Below, in pieces: positions 1 to 11,453 of a stretch of DNA of 64,000 nt. The position numbers were made by a program, and so were the translations under genes. Origin of the DNA: Fonticula alba ATCC 38817 (Eukaryota > Protista > Nucleariida); assembly GCA_000388065.2 (NCBI GenBank), contig KB932209.1. The stretch is one strand, 5' to 3'. The notes beneath the pieces are model-generated. The model had not been told where the DNA came from. It ran no database searches and was given only the letters and a program-made list of their open reading frames with translations. Numbering within the stretch: the first letter of the stretch is position 1; each line of letters begins with the position of its first letter.

Positions 1-265
1 GGGGCCGCCATTGTGCGCGGGGACCACCAACACCGGGCTCGGGGAGGGGGCCGTCGCGGCCGCGGCCCGCCCCCGCCGACGCCGGCTTCAACTAGGCGGC
101 CCGCCCATAGTGGTCAGACACCAGGCGACGGCGGGGGAGGGCCGGGGGAGGGGCAGGGTGGGTCTGTGTCGCGGGGGACACATGTGCGTGTGCGCATGTG
201 TGTATGTGTGTGTGCGTGCGTGTGTGCGCGTGCGCGCGCGCCTGAACACCTCCCGACAGGAGAGG

Positions 266-274
266 TATATATAT
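266..274 (+). promoter_or_regulatory. TATA-like box upstream of eEF1B-gamma
   Basis: TATATATAT in an otherwise GC-rich context, ~107 nt upstream of the ATG at 381; a (TG)n/(CG)n tract lies just upstream. Confidence 0.55.
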
Positions 275-380
275 GAGCCGCCGTGCGGCCGGACCGGCTG
301 CCAAGCCTGCTCGTTCCCCTGTAGTTGTGCTTGTCGTTTGTGTCTCATCACCGCGCCCGTCTCCGCTTCAGTCCGTCACC

Positions 381-1930
381 ATGTCCATCGGCACCCTCTA
401 TTCCTACCCCCAGAACCCCCGCTCCCTCAAGGCGCACATTGCCGCCAAGTACGTCGGCAAGTCCGTCGAGGAGCCGGTTTTCGACTTCCCTGCCGGTCTC
501 CAGACCGACGAGATGAAGGAGCTCTTCCCCATGGCCAAGATCCCCGTCTTCAAGACTGAGTGCGGCAAGCCCATCTTCGAGTCCAACGCCATCGCCTACT
601 ACGTCGCTGCCCAGGACGAGTCCGTCGGCCTGCTCGGTGCCACCGCCTACGAGAAGGCTCTGGTCCAGACCTTCATGTCCTTCGCCGACAACGAGATCAA
701 CCCCCACCTGGCCACCCTCCTGTACCCGATCCTCGGCTACTACAAGTTCGACAAGGACGCCCACACCGCCGCCGCCTCCTCCCTGCGTCGTTCCCTGAAC
801 GCCCTCGAGAAGTGGCTCATCACCCGCACCTATGTTGCCTCTGAGCAGGTCACCATCGCCGACATCGTCCTGTTCTGCACCATGATCCCCCTGTACAAGA
901 TGGTACGCCCGGTCGCCCGTCCGCCCGCTCTCTCTCTCTCTCTCTCTCCCCCTCCTCCTCTCGACGCAAGTATTTATTGCAAAACTGCCGTGTATCTCCT
1001 CACTGCGGTGGTTTTTCCTGAGACTTGCAACATTAAAGGCTGTAGTTTGAGGCCAGGTCTGAGTCTATCGGGCTTGTGTTATAGGAAATCTGCCGACAAC
1101 CCATCCTCCCTTTCTTCTTCCCCTCTCCCTCCCTCCCTCCTTCACTTCCTCTCTCTTCTTCTTCCCCTGCTGACATTCCCCGCTCTTCCTCTCCTTCACA
1201 GTACCTCGACACCATCACCCGCGCTCCCTTCGTCAACCTCAACCGCTGGTTCAACACCATCCTCAACCAGCCCAACGTTGCCTGCCTGGTGACCGACTTC
1301 GAGTACTGCGAGAAGGCCGTCGTCTACGACCCCGCCATCCACAAGCCCGCCGCCGCCAAGGAGGAGGCCAAGCCCGCCGCCGCCAAGGAGGAGGCCAAGC
1401 CCGCCGCTGCCGCTGCCCCCGCCGCCGACGGCAAGGAGAAGAACCCCCTGGATCTGCTCCCCCCCTCGTCCTTCGTCCTGGACAACTGGAAGCGCTTCTA
1501 CTCCAACAACTCCGAGGTCGACTCCATCAAGTACTTCTGGGACAACGTCGACCTTGAGGGCTACTCCCTGTGGCTCGCCAGCTACATGGACAACCACCTC
1601 CTCAAGCAGACCTTCATGACCTGCAACCTGATCAACGGTCTGTTCCAGCGCTCCGACCGCGCTCGCAAGTACGCCTTCGGCTCCTTCGCCATCTTCGGCG
1701 AGGACAACAACTCCGAGCTCTTCGCCATCTACCTCGTCCGTGGTCAGGAGATCCCCTTCGAGCTGGCCGACACCCCCGACCTCGAGTCCTACACCACCAA
1801 GAAGCTCGAGATCAACGACGAGACCAAGGCCCTCGTCAACGCCTTCCTCACCTGGGACGACTCCATTGAGGGCTGCAGCTTCGCCTCCATCACCAACAAG
1901 AAGTTCAACGAGGGCAAGATCTTCAAGTAA
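381..1930 (+). CDS. EEF1G: Translation elongation factor 1B gamma (GST-like N-terminus + EF1G C-terminal domain); exons 381-902, 1202-1930
   Basis: MSIGTLYSYPQNPRS...KIPVF...IFESNAIAYY GST-N motif; spliced join gives LYKM/YLDTITRAPFVNLNRWFNTILNQP; KPAAAKEEA x2 linker; C-terminus FVLDNWKRFYSN...YFWDN...KFNEGKIFK. One GT-AG intron 903-1201; strong C-ending codon bias. Confidence 0.97.
963..1101 (+). ncRNA. Intronic box H/ACA snoRNA, SNORA9(ACA9)-like dual guide for LSU rRNA pseudouridylation
   Basis: Hairpin 1: GCAAGT 966-971 pairs with ACTTGC 1023-1028, upper stem AAAAC/GTTTT. H box ACATTA (ANANNA) 1030-1035. Hairpin 2 closed by GGC 1038-1040/GCC 1092-1094. ACA at 1096-1098 followed by 3 nt. 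Pockets TGC/TCCTGAG and AGTTTGA/ATAGG are complementary to conserved LSU rRNA CUCAGGA-UA-GCA and CCUAU-UC-UCAAACU; pocket-to-box distances are 14 and 15 nt. Confidence 0.9.
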
Positions 1931-3480
1931 GCGTCTTCGCCTCCCCCTTCTTCTTGGTGGTGCCCCGTTCTCCCTTCTCCTTCCGTGTTGACGCTGCTTT
2001 TCTTGCCTGCGTCTCGTTCCTCTTCCCCCACTTCTCAAGGGGGGGGGGGGCAGGAGCGAGGTGTGTGCGAGTTCCGCGGCCGTCCCTTTCGGTGGGGGGG
2101 GAATGTCGCTGTCCCTTCCCAGGGGGGTGCTCTTTCTCCAAAGAGCACCCTTCAAATTGTGTGCCCGTGTGTGACAGGGCGGCGAGGGGGGAGTTCATCT
2201 GTCTCCTCTCGCGCTCGCGCGCACGCGTCCACTGCCCCCTTCTCGCGTGTATTTTTCCCCCTTTCCCCCTCCCTCTCTTGTTAGCGCGCGCATATTTTGC
2301 GCCACGGCGAGAGACAATCCCCGAAAGTCCACAAATATATGTGAGAGCTCCTCCCGCATCTTCCCTGTTTTTCTCTTCTGTGTGGGGGCGAGGCCGTGTT
2401 GTGGTTTTCCCTCGCGTGTGTCCCAGCCACCAAGCGAGACGCAGCGTAGTAGTGTGTGTCCGTGCGTGTGCGTGTGTGTGTGTGTGGGGGGGGGAGGGGG
2501 GACAAGGGCCAGGGTTTCCCCTGCGTGCACAAGGGGAGCAAGGCGCGTGCCCAGCCCCTGGATGGGCGGCCTTTCCCGCCGGTTTGCTGTGCACTTTTTA
2601 ATCACCTCAAAATGGGACCACATTCGAAGGCGCAGAAGTGAGCTTTTTTTTTGAGACCACATGGTGCTACGTCGGGGGGGGGAGGGGGGCGTCTTGCGGA
2701 TGGTGCGATGTCGGGTCACGCAGCAGCCCGGATAACCACATGATCAGATATCATCACAGATCGTTCTTGTTGATAGATCCGACATATCAGATCCATCAGG
2801 TTTTCTCTGGTCCGAGTTGGCAGCTGGGGCGGCCCGCCCGTCTGGCGTGCGGGTGTGCGACGACCGTCCCAGCATCTTGTTCCTTCCCTCTCCCTCGGGT
2901 CCACACTCGAGGTTGTGCTGCCTCCGAACAGCAGATCACTACATTCACGCGCCAATCGAGCTTGCTGTTGTGGATGGCAATTTGCCGCAGGGCTCCCCCC
3001 CCGGCGGCGCCTCACATCACCGTCCCCTTTGCCTCCCTGTCCGCGCCCCGCCCCCCCTCAGCACACCAAAAACAACATACTCCCCTCTCTCCCTCTTCCT
3101 CTCATTCACTCACACTACTGCCCTCCCCTCTTCGCAGCCGCCTGCCGGTGAAGTTGGGTGTTTGTTTATGTGTTTTGGTTTTCGCCTGGAGGATGGAGGG
3201 AGTCGTGTCTCATCGTCGGTGTTTGTGCGGGTGTGGCCATCGGGGGCGCGCACATGTCCAGGAGGGGGGGGAGGGAAATGGGAGAAGAGGAAAGTATGCT
3301 CCCTTTCCCCCGCTCCCCGGCTTAGGCTCGACCGTGTGCGGAAATGTTGCCTGGAGGGGTGTGGACCGGTGTGGCAGGGAAAATGCGAGGAGCCAGCTAT
3401 ACCCCGACGTGCCTCCACAGGCCGAGCGTGATAAGTATATGTATATATATATGAAGGAGCATGGACGTGTGCTCGTGGCT

Positions 3481-4602
3481 TTAGCCGAGAACGGCTGCCA
3501 CTTGGCGGTGGGCAGCTTGTCCGGCAGCCAGGGCGGCGCCAGCCAGCGCGGCAGTGGCATCGACCAGGACGGCCTGAATGGCAATGGCCGCCGCGGAGCT
3601 GCCGCTGGCGCTGGTGCTGGCGCTGGTGCTGCCACTGCCACCACCACCGCCACCACCGCTCTTGATGCACTTGTGCCACGCGGGGAAGCCGCAAATAATG
3701 CAAACGAACAAGTAAACAAGGACGATGGCGATGAATCCGAGCAGGACCATCAGCTTGACATTCTTCCACCACATGGCGCGCTTCAGCTGGGTGGACTTGC
3801 GCTTGAACTCGAAGGAGTGCTGGTGCAGGCGATCGGTCTGGTCCATCAGGACATCGATGCGCTCACCGCGGTCCATGACCTTGGCTGGAGGGAGTGGCAT
3901 CGTGCCGGGCCGGAAATGGTGCGGAGTCAGAAGTGTGAGCGTGCATGTGTGTGTGTGTATGTACATATTATATACATCCGTATGTCTATACATGTATATG
4001 CGGGTGTGCGCCCGTACCGATGTTATCGTGCATAATCCCCTTGACAGCGTCAAGCTCCTCCTGCGTGCGGGCCAGGACGTCCGACTGGGCAGCCACGCCG
4101 GTGCGGTTGTTGAAGTCGCTCACCAACTGGCCCATGGTCGGGCCGAACTCCGACTGGAAGGCGTACGGCAGGGCCTGGTCAATGGTGGACACGTTGAAGT
4201 TCCGCTCGAAGCTGTTGCGCAGGTGCTTCAGGTAGTCGTAGGTCACCGAGCGCGAGGCCGTCGGGGGGCTGATACAGAGGTAGATCGCGCGTTCGTGCGT
4301 CTCCGTGTGGAACATGTAGCTAAAGCAGGGGGCGGGGGGGGGTGCGCAGGTGGTCAGGGCATTGGGGCTGGGCTTGTGTATGCACGGTCCATGGATGCTT
4401 AGCCTGGCAGCACAGGGGAGAGCACCTACCCATCGTAGTCGTAGGACATCTTGCCGGGGTTGGACACATTGGACAGGACGCTGGTGGCGATCTTGGACAG
4501 GTTACCCGAAAGAGTTGAGTGATCGACGAGGATGGTGACCGCCGAGGGGGACGACATGTCCGAGCCGGGGCGGCGGGCCACAGCACTGTAGAGGATGCTC
4601 AT
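3481..4602 (-). CDS. VAMP7: Longin R-SNARE VAMP7; exons 4602-4430, 4319-4018, 3884-3481
   Basis: MSILYSAVAR...longin domain (KMSYDYDGYMFH...AIYLCI); SNARE motif ELDAVKGIMHDNIAKVMDRGERIDVLMDQTDRL with R-layer; MWWKNVKL then TM and CG..W..C; GT-AG introns in consistent phase. Confidence 0.93.
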
Positions 4603-7424
4603 GGGCGCGCTGCCGGGGCAAAGCCAGGGGAGGAGGAGGGAGGAGAAGTTAGTGGGTGCATGGGAGATCAGGCGCCAGAGATCTGGTTGTCGATGTGCGT
4701 GTGTGCGTGTGTGCGTGTGTGCGTGTGTGCATGCCCCATGTGCATGGGGATGGATGTATATGTACATGTGTAATGCGGGGCAAGGGCTCGCGCGGAGAGG
4801 AGAGGAAGGGAAAGAGGAGGAAAGAAGAGGAAGGGGGAGGGGGGGGGAGCAGGGAGATAAAGGGAAGGTGGGGAGTGTGCTGGTGCAGGGGGCGAAGAGT
4901 GATGTTTCACCGCTCCGGAGGACGCCAGGGCCGGAGAGCCTGATAAAATTCTTCCATCCCTGTCCCTGTCTCCTCTTTCGTCATCGGCTCCGGGCTGTTC
5001 GCTGTTCACGCGGAGACATCGGCCCCTGGCGGAGGTGCGGTCGACGCATCACGGGTACTCGGTCCCTTGTCTCCCCACGCCGCGGCCGCCACCACCCCAA
5101 AGGGGGCAGGGCACGGCCCGAGCATGCCGCCGGCACACTCCAACATCTGGCATCGGGCTGGGGCCGGAGGGCGGGGGGAGTTGCCAGGATTTGGCAATAA
5201 CAAACCGCGCGGCGGTTCCGCGCTGGTCGCCGGCCCAGGGCCCGGAAGAGAGCTCTGGTGGGCTTGGGCACTGGGGCGGGGTGTGTGTGTGGGGGGGGGG
5301 AGGCTCCGCGCCCCCGTTCCCGCCCCCCGTCCCCTTCGACGACCTCTTGGGTCACGCCTGGAAAGCTGATTTTGGGACAAGCCGGGATTTGCAGCCCCCC
5401 GGCGGCGGACCCCGCGGCGTCCACTTGAGACCGTTCTGGGCTTCAGATGCGGTGCCCCGGCCACCTGAGAGGGGGCGGGGTGGCCCTGACGCATCCTCGC
5501 ACGGCCAGGGCCCAGGTTTCAGGCCGCCGCCCCTCTGCCAGATACAGCCGTCCGGCAACTCTCCCTCCCCCCGGATTTGAAGAGTGCGTGTCGATCGGGG
5601 GGGGGGGGGGGGGGGGGGGGGGGGCTCGCCCCACGGGCGCGCCCGACTCCGATGGAAGGGAGATCCCCCCCCGGCCTTCCATGCCCCCCTCCTCGCGACC
5701 TGGTGCACCCGATGTGCCGGCCGCTAGTCCGGCCTTGCCTCCTCCCAGCTGCTCAAGGGAGGGAGGGTGTCTCCCGACGCGCATGATGCCAATCTAGCTG
5801 TTCGGGGCATTCTCGCCCCTCCCCCTCCTTCCCCCTTTGCCCCGCGGGCGACGGGGCCTCTCTGTGACGAGTCGATAGCCCGGGCCAGGGCCCGGCGGTA
5901 GGCACATGCCTGCCTCGCTCCCGACTCTTCCTGGGGGGGGGGGGGCCGGGACTTTCCCTCCGCTTCCACCCGCTGGACTCACGACCGCGCGCGCTCGCGC
6001 ACAGACGTGCTCTAAATTGAGATCACTCATATACTGATTTATGAGCCCCCGAGCTGGGAACCGGCCCCCCCCGCCTCAATGCAGGGGCCACAGAGGCCCA
6101 CTCCCCCCCCCCCCCAAATCCGCCCAATACTCCGGCGGTCAAGTGCACAGGCAAACCCTCCCCGCCCATACGCCATACCCCCTAAACCCTCTTTGGAGGA
6201 GACCATGTCTCAGGTCTCCCCCCCCGGCACAGGAGATGTCCGGCCAACGGGTTTCTCCGATGGTCCCCGCACAATCTATCTTCGCAGAACGCCATCCTGA
6301 ATACTGGTGCCAACGCCACACAAAGTCTCGATGGTTGGGACTGGCCCCTCTCCGGGCTTGTTCGGTCCCGGACGTGGCCCAAGGGCCCGGAGCCTTCTGC
6401 TCTGCTCGGCTCTGCTCGGCTCTGGCGAGGTGCGCGAGAAAGATCGCGCACCGCCCTGCCCCTTGTCGAGAGGCGACAGAGGCAGTTGCACCCTTGCCGG
6501 GGCTGGGAACGTCGCTAGGGGATACCGGGGGCCCCTTCGCATTTCTTCCACTCCTTCCGCCGGCGGGCCCTAGTCCGAACAAGCCTGTGGCCGCGCGAAT
6601 AACATGACCACATGAAAATGCTCGTTCGTCGATGGCTTCCGAGGCACATTCCCCGTCCCCGCGCACTGCGAGATGCCCGGGGACGGGGAGAGCCGAGAGG
6701 AGGTGCCAGAGCGCGCCCGGGCGCAATCGGGACCTGGTGTTTTTTTCCCACCCGATCTGTTGCCCCCCCCCCNNNNNNNNNNCCCCCCCCGGTGCCAGTG
6801 GCAGGCCCGAGGGACCCCGGTCCTGTGGAGGCAGGACGGCATCGGATCTCGCCCCCCGGAGGTGGCAGCGTATCTTCCTCGTTCCCGAGCCGGGTTGTTT
6901 TCATGAACCTTCTATTTGGGCATTTCAGGCACCAGCGGCCGGGCCCGGGGCCTGCGAGGCACGCCGAGCACTCCCATTCTCCCCTCCCCCCTCCCGATCC
7001 CCTCTTCCCGTTTCCTCCCCCCCCCTCCCTCCTCCCTCACACATCTCCCTTTCCCTTGCCGCATGGAACCGACCGCCAAACGCCACTGATCTATGTGTAT
7101 GCTCTGTCCTTCTGGTCGCACATTGCACCGCCTCTCCTGCCCGTGCACTCACCCGCTTCGCTCCGTCCTCCCCCTCCCCCGGGCAAGTAGCTTCCTCCCA
7201 ATCCACCCGGAATCGCTGCTCCCATTGCAATGCTCCGCTGCCCGTTGAGAGCCCACCACTGAGCCTCAGCGGTCCGAGGTTCGGGCTTTGTGCCAATTGC
7301 CTTCTCTCGTCCAGTGGTTCCCCCACTGCCGAGGCCGCACGCTCGTATGTTCTGCTCTCGCCCCCCCCCCCCCTTCTCCCGGTGCCTTTCAACCCGACCT
7401 CGATCGCTCAAGCTGTCTCTAACA

Positions 7425-8904
7425 ATGCAGCGCCCCTGCTCCCTCAGTCCAGATGGGAATCCGCGCTCGCCAGCGTCCGACGATGAGCCAACAACCGCCG
7501 GTGCCCCGCGACCCCCCATCCGCGGCGCAGTCTCCATTCTAGATTCCGTCATCCAGACCTACATGTCCATGTACGTGCGGCAGCTCCCCTCCCTCCCCCC
7601 CCCCCCCCCCACTCACCTGGCATGTGCTCGCAAGAGTCTAATCCTCCCCTTTCCCCTGCCTCTGCCTCGTGTCTGGGCCCATGCATTTTGCCCCTTGCCT
7701 GTGTCCAGACTTTCAAATTACCTTGACGAGACTCCTGATGGCACGCCCTTCCGCTCGTCGACCGATGTCCGGGCTAATCCCCGAGCCGATCCCCGAGCCG
7801 ATCCCCGAGCCGATCCTCGAGCCGATCCCCGGAATTACGCCTTCAACAACCATGATCTCAACGAAATCCTGGCCCATCTGTTCCAAAGCTCCTCGTATGT
7901 TGATTGGATCCCATGTTTTTGCCTTGTAGCTTCCTTCCTGGCTCGACCAAGGCCTCTCTGCCTTCTTGCAGGGCACATGATGCTGACTCCTGTCCTCTTG
8001 GCTTGCCCTTGTCTGATCCCCCCCCCCCCCTCCCCCCCCTCTGACTCAGCACCCCGGATGACGCGGTGTCCGACGCCGCACTGGCCGCCCTTCGTCGGCT
8101 GGAGGCCCCGGCCGCCGACTCGACCCTCTGCCGCCTGTACAGTTCGAAGGTTCTGCTGTCGCTGCAGAATTTTGTCACTCACGTGCGCGATGGTCAACCC
8201 CTTGACGAGACCCTTTTCTACTGCTCCATCTGTCAGGATCCCCTGGTGGCGGGCATCCTCTCGGAGGCGGACTTGGCCCCCGGCAGCCGGGAAGCCGATC
8301 CCAACCAGGAAATCCCCCTGCCAGATTACTCGATCGACCAGGCAGCCATCCTGGTGGAGCTACCCTGCAACCACACCTATCATGAGGAGTGCATCATCCG
8401 GTGGTTAACCCATGTGCGTGTCTTTTCGCCCGTATCCCTCGCCTCACCTTCGACTCGCCTCTCGTGTTTGTGTGTTTGCGTGTGTGTGTGTGTGTGTGTG
8501 ATATTCTCGCTGCGCGCCTCCTCCCGCCTCTCCTGCTGTGTTGCTAATCGCCGATCTTTCCCGCTTTCTTGTCTTCCCCCCCCCCCCTCTGCCCGGTGTT
8601 GGCTCAGCATTCCACCTGCCCGGTGTGTCGTAAACGTGTGGACGAGCCTGTCAGCGAAACGCCCTCCCGGGGGGATCGACCCGCCGGCGGTGCTCCATCG
8701 CCCTCGGCCAGTGGATCGGTCAGCTCCCAGAGCTCCACCCAATATCAGTCTGCTTCAAGTGGCAGCCTGCATGGCGGGGGGGAGCCATCATGGCAGCGAC
8801 AGCCGACCGGCAGCTCGACATCGCCATCCTCTCGCCCGGCAGCTGAGGATCCCGACTCCCTGCATGTTCCTTTCAGCATGGACCTGTCAGACTCCGATGA
8901 TTGA
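7425..8904 (+). CDS. RING-H2 (C3H2C3) E3 ubiquitin ligase; exons 7425-7570, 7709-7894, 8050-8413, 8608-8904
   Basis: CSIC...ELPCNHTYHEECIIRWLTH/HSTCPVC after splicing; three GT-AG introns keep the frame; Ser-rich tail. Confidence 0.88.
7782..7829 (+). repeat. 12-nt coding tandem repeat x4 (RADP)
   Basis: CGAGCCGATCCY x4 in exon 2 of the RING-H2 gene. Confidence 0.95.
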
Positions 8905-9956
8905 AGATCACTGCATGCTGCTTCCCTCCCTCGCTTTTCCCCCCTCCTGTCCTTTCCGCACGGAGGGCGTGTGTTTGCATGCAGAAATGAAGAGAACATC
9001 AATCGAGTCACACCTGGGTGCATGTCCTCCCCGTGCCGGCATGCCCGGTTTATCAGCAGGGGGTGGGCGTCGGCCCTGTCGGCAGGTTGCCGGCTCTCCC
9101 GGTCATGGGCTCGGGTATATCCCTGGTGCAAGGGGGGGGGGGGGGGGGGGGGGAGAAAGATGCCCTCCCCTCTACACGTCCGGAGAGGGCCATCTCGGCA
9201 ATACGAAAGGGACGCCTTCCTCTCGTTGGATTGGGTTGGTGATTCGGCCGATTGATGTCCCTTTTCTCCTCGCACCCTGCCCCGAGAGAAGTGACTGTGA
9301 TTCCTGGATGCCATGTCTCCTCGCTTTCTTTCTTCCTCCCCACCCAACCGGGGAGCCTGTGCACGAAGGCCGTGGTGTGCTTCAATTGTTAACCGGCCGC
9401 GCAATTAACTGGACATCATCGACGTACCGTCCATGTTCGCTCCGTACCCCGTTGGCAGATGGTCCTGTGGCTGCCGCCGCTCGACGAGTGTGCATTATTA
9501 TTGGGCATCCGTCCGGCAAGTGTGTCCTGGGTGCCGTGTCTGTGTAAGGAAGCGGCGCCGGGGGGGGGGGGGGGGGGGGGGGGGGGGTTGCGGGGCATTC
9601 GGTGGCACCGGTTTCCCGGGGGCGACGCCCCACGAAGAGCGGCTGTTGTTTTTGCTCGTCCCCCTCCCCCCGCCCCGGTCCTGTCTGTGTTCCTTGCTGG
9701 TGTCTTCTCGAGATATTGTCGCTCACTTGCACGACCCTGGCGGAGCCTCGGCCCAATTGTTGGCCCCATTAAAGGCGACTCGCCAGCGAACAGACCCCTA
9801 CAAGCGGCAGGCACATGTTCTTCCTTCCGCTACCCCCCCCCCATATATACTTCTTTCGCCCCTCCTCCCATCCCCTCATTCTTCCTCTCCCTCTCTCTCT
9901 CCCCCCCCCCCCCTCCCCGAAACATTTCTGTCGGTCAAGTACACCCACATAGCGCC

Positions 9957-10763
9957 ATGATTAAGACCGTGCTGATCATCAACAACCAGGGCAAGCCGCG
10001 CCTGACCAAGTTCTATAGCCGCGGCGGCCCCGGTGGCGGTCAGCGCCCGGATGAGGCCACCCAGCAGAGGATTATCCGCGAGATCGCCCAGCTGGTCACT
10101 CGTCGGCCGGACTCCATGTGTAATTTCCTCGAGGGATCTAAGTACGTGATTGTGTGCACACGCATGGTGGCCGGCTGTGTCACTTCACTCGCCCCCCCCT
10201 GTGTGCAGCCTTCTTCTCCTGACCTGGCTCCTCGGTCGTAGGATGCTCGGCGGCCCCGATTCGAAGATCATCTACCGGCACTATGCCACACTCTACTTTG
10301 TCTTCGAGGTGGACTCCTCCGAGTCGGAGCTCGGCATTCTGGATCTGATTCATGTCTTTGTCGAGACCATGGATTACGCCTTCAAGAGCGTGCGCGAGAT
10401 CGACATCATCTTCCACTCGGACAAGGTGCGCCTGCGTGTTTTTTTTTCATACGCCCCTCTTTCTGCTCCCTTGTGCGCCGCCTCTCCTGTTCCTTGGTGC
10501 TGACGGCATGTATGCATGCATGTATGGATGTGTGCGCATGTGTCGGCTTTGTGGTGCCTATGCATGACCAATTCGAAACAAAGGTCCACTACATCCTGGA
10601 CGAAATCATCATGGGTGGCATGGTCCTGGAGACCAATGTTCGAGAGATCATTGGCGCCCTCGAGGCGTCCGTGCGCCTGGAGCGCGAGCAGAAGGAGCTC
10701 TCCAACAAGGCCCTGGCCTCCGGCCGTAACCATGGCAGCGGGCGGTCCCCCTCTGTGCGCTAA
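9957..10763 (+). CDS. AP3S: AP-3 adaptor complex sigma subunit; exons 9957-10141, 10242-10425, 10584-10763
   Basis: MIKTVLIINNQGKPRLTKFY...IYRHYATLYFVF.VDSSESELGILDLIHVFVET...DK/VHYILDEIIMGGMVLETN, typical of sigma-3. Confidence 0.95.
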
Positions 10764-11453
10764 GCCAGCAGGGCCAAGTGGGCGCCGGTCCTCTGCCACC
10801 TCCTCGTCGTGTGCCTGGCGCCGCGCGCGATACTTCTCCTGTCCTCTTTCCCTGTCTCCCCTGTACCATAGATTGCATCCTTTTCCTTTCTCCCTGATAC
10901 CCATGTGCCATCAGGCATCGGGGCTGGCCCTGTGTTGATGCCCCCCCCCCCCCCCCTGTTTTTGCTGTGCGAGAGAGAGAGGGACAAAAGAACACTTTGG
11001 CCTTGGCAAAAGAGGGCACCCCAGAGAAGACGGTCTTCGTGATTGTATTGGGAAAACAAACTTATCCCCGAAAAGGAACACGTGAAGGTCACGCGCAAAG
11101 TCACACCATAACAATTGGCTCCTCCCCTGGTCGCCCCTCCTCTCGCGCTCGGCGTCGCCCCCGCCGCCGCGGCTGGGGGGGCTCCCGAGGCGTCTCAGTG
11201 GGGACAATCGTGGGACGCCCTTCCCTCCCCCCCCCCGGGGGGGGGGGGGATCAGCCACCGCGCCCAGTGGGTAAGAAGGTCCTCTTTCAGCAGGTGGCTG
11301 GAGGGGGGTGGCGGTCGGCCCCTGCTCAGGGCTGCATAGGCGCGCGCTTGCCAGGCCCCACCCATATGATGTGCCCGGGCCAGGGGGCGACGCCCCGGGC
11401 CAGGGGAGGCCTCACCCTTTCCCATAAAAAGAGGGAACCAGATGTTCGCGTCG

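Noticed and set aside
2740-2800. Four GATC sites in ~52 nt; on the minus strand TGATGG-AT-CTGA and GTGATGA-TAT-CTGA resemble C/D boxes
   Set aside because: The boxes are back-to-back with no 10-21 nt guide before either D box and no terminal stem; not supportable as a C/D snoRNA.
2600-3250. Possible small spliced gene between eEF1B-gamma and VAMP7 (donor-like GTGAG at 2638, acceptor-like CAG at 3137)
   Set aside because: No consistent frame, recognisable motif or clear codon bias; could be UTR sequence.
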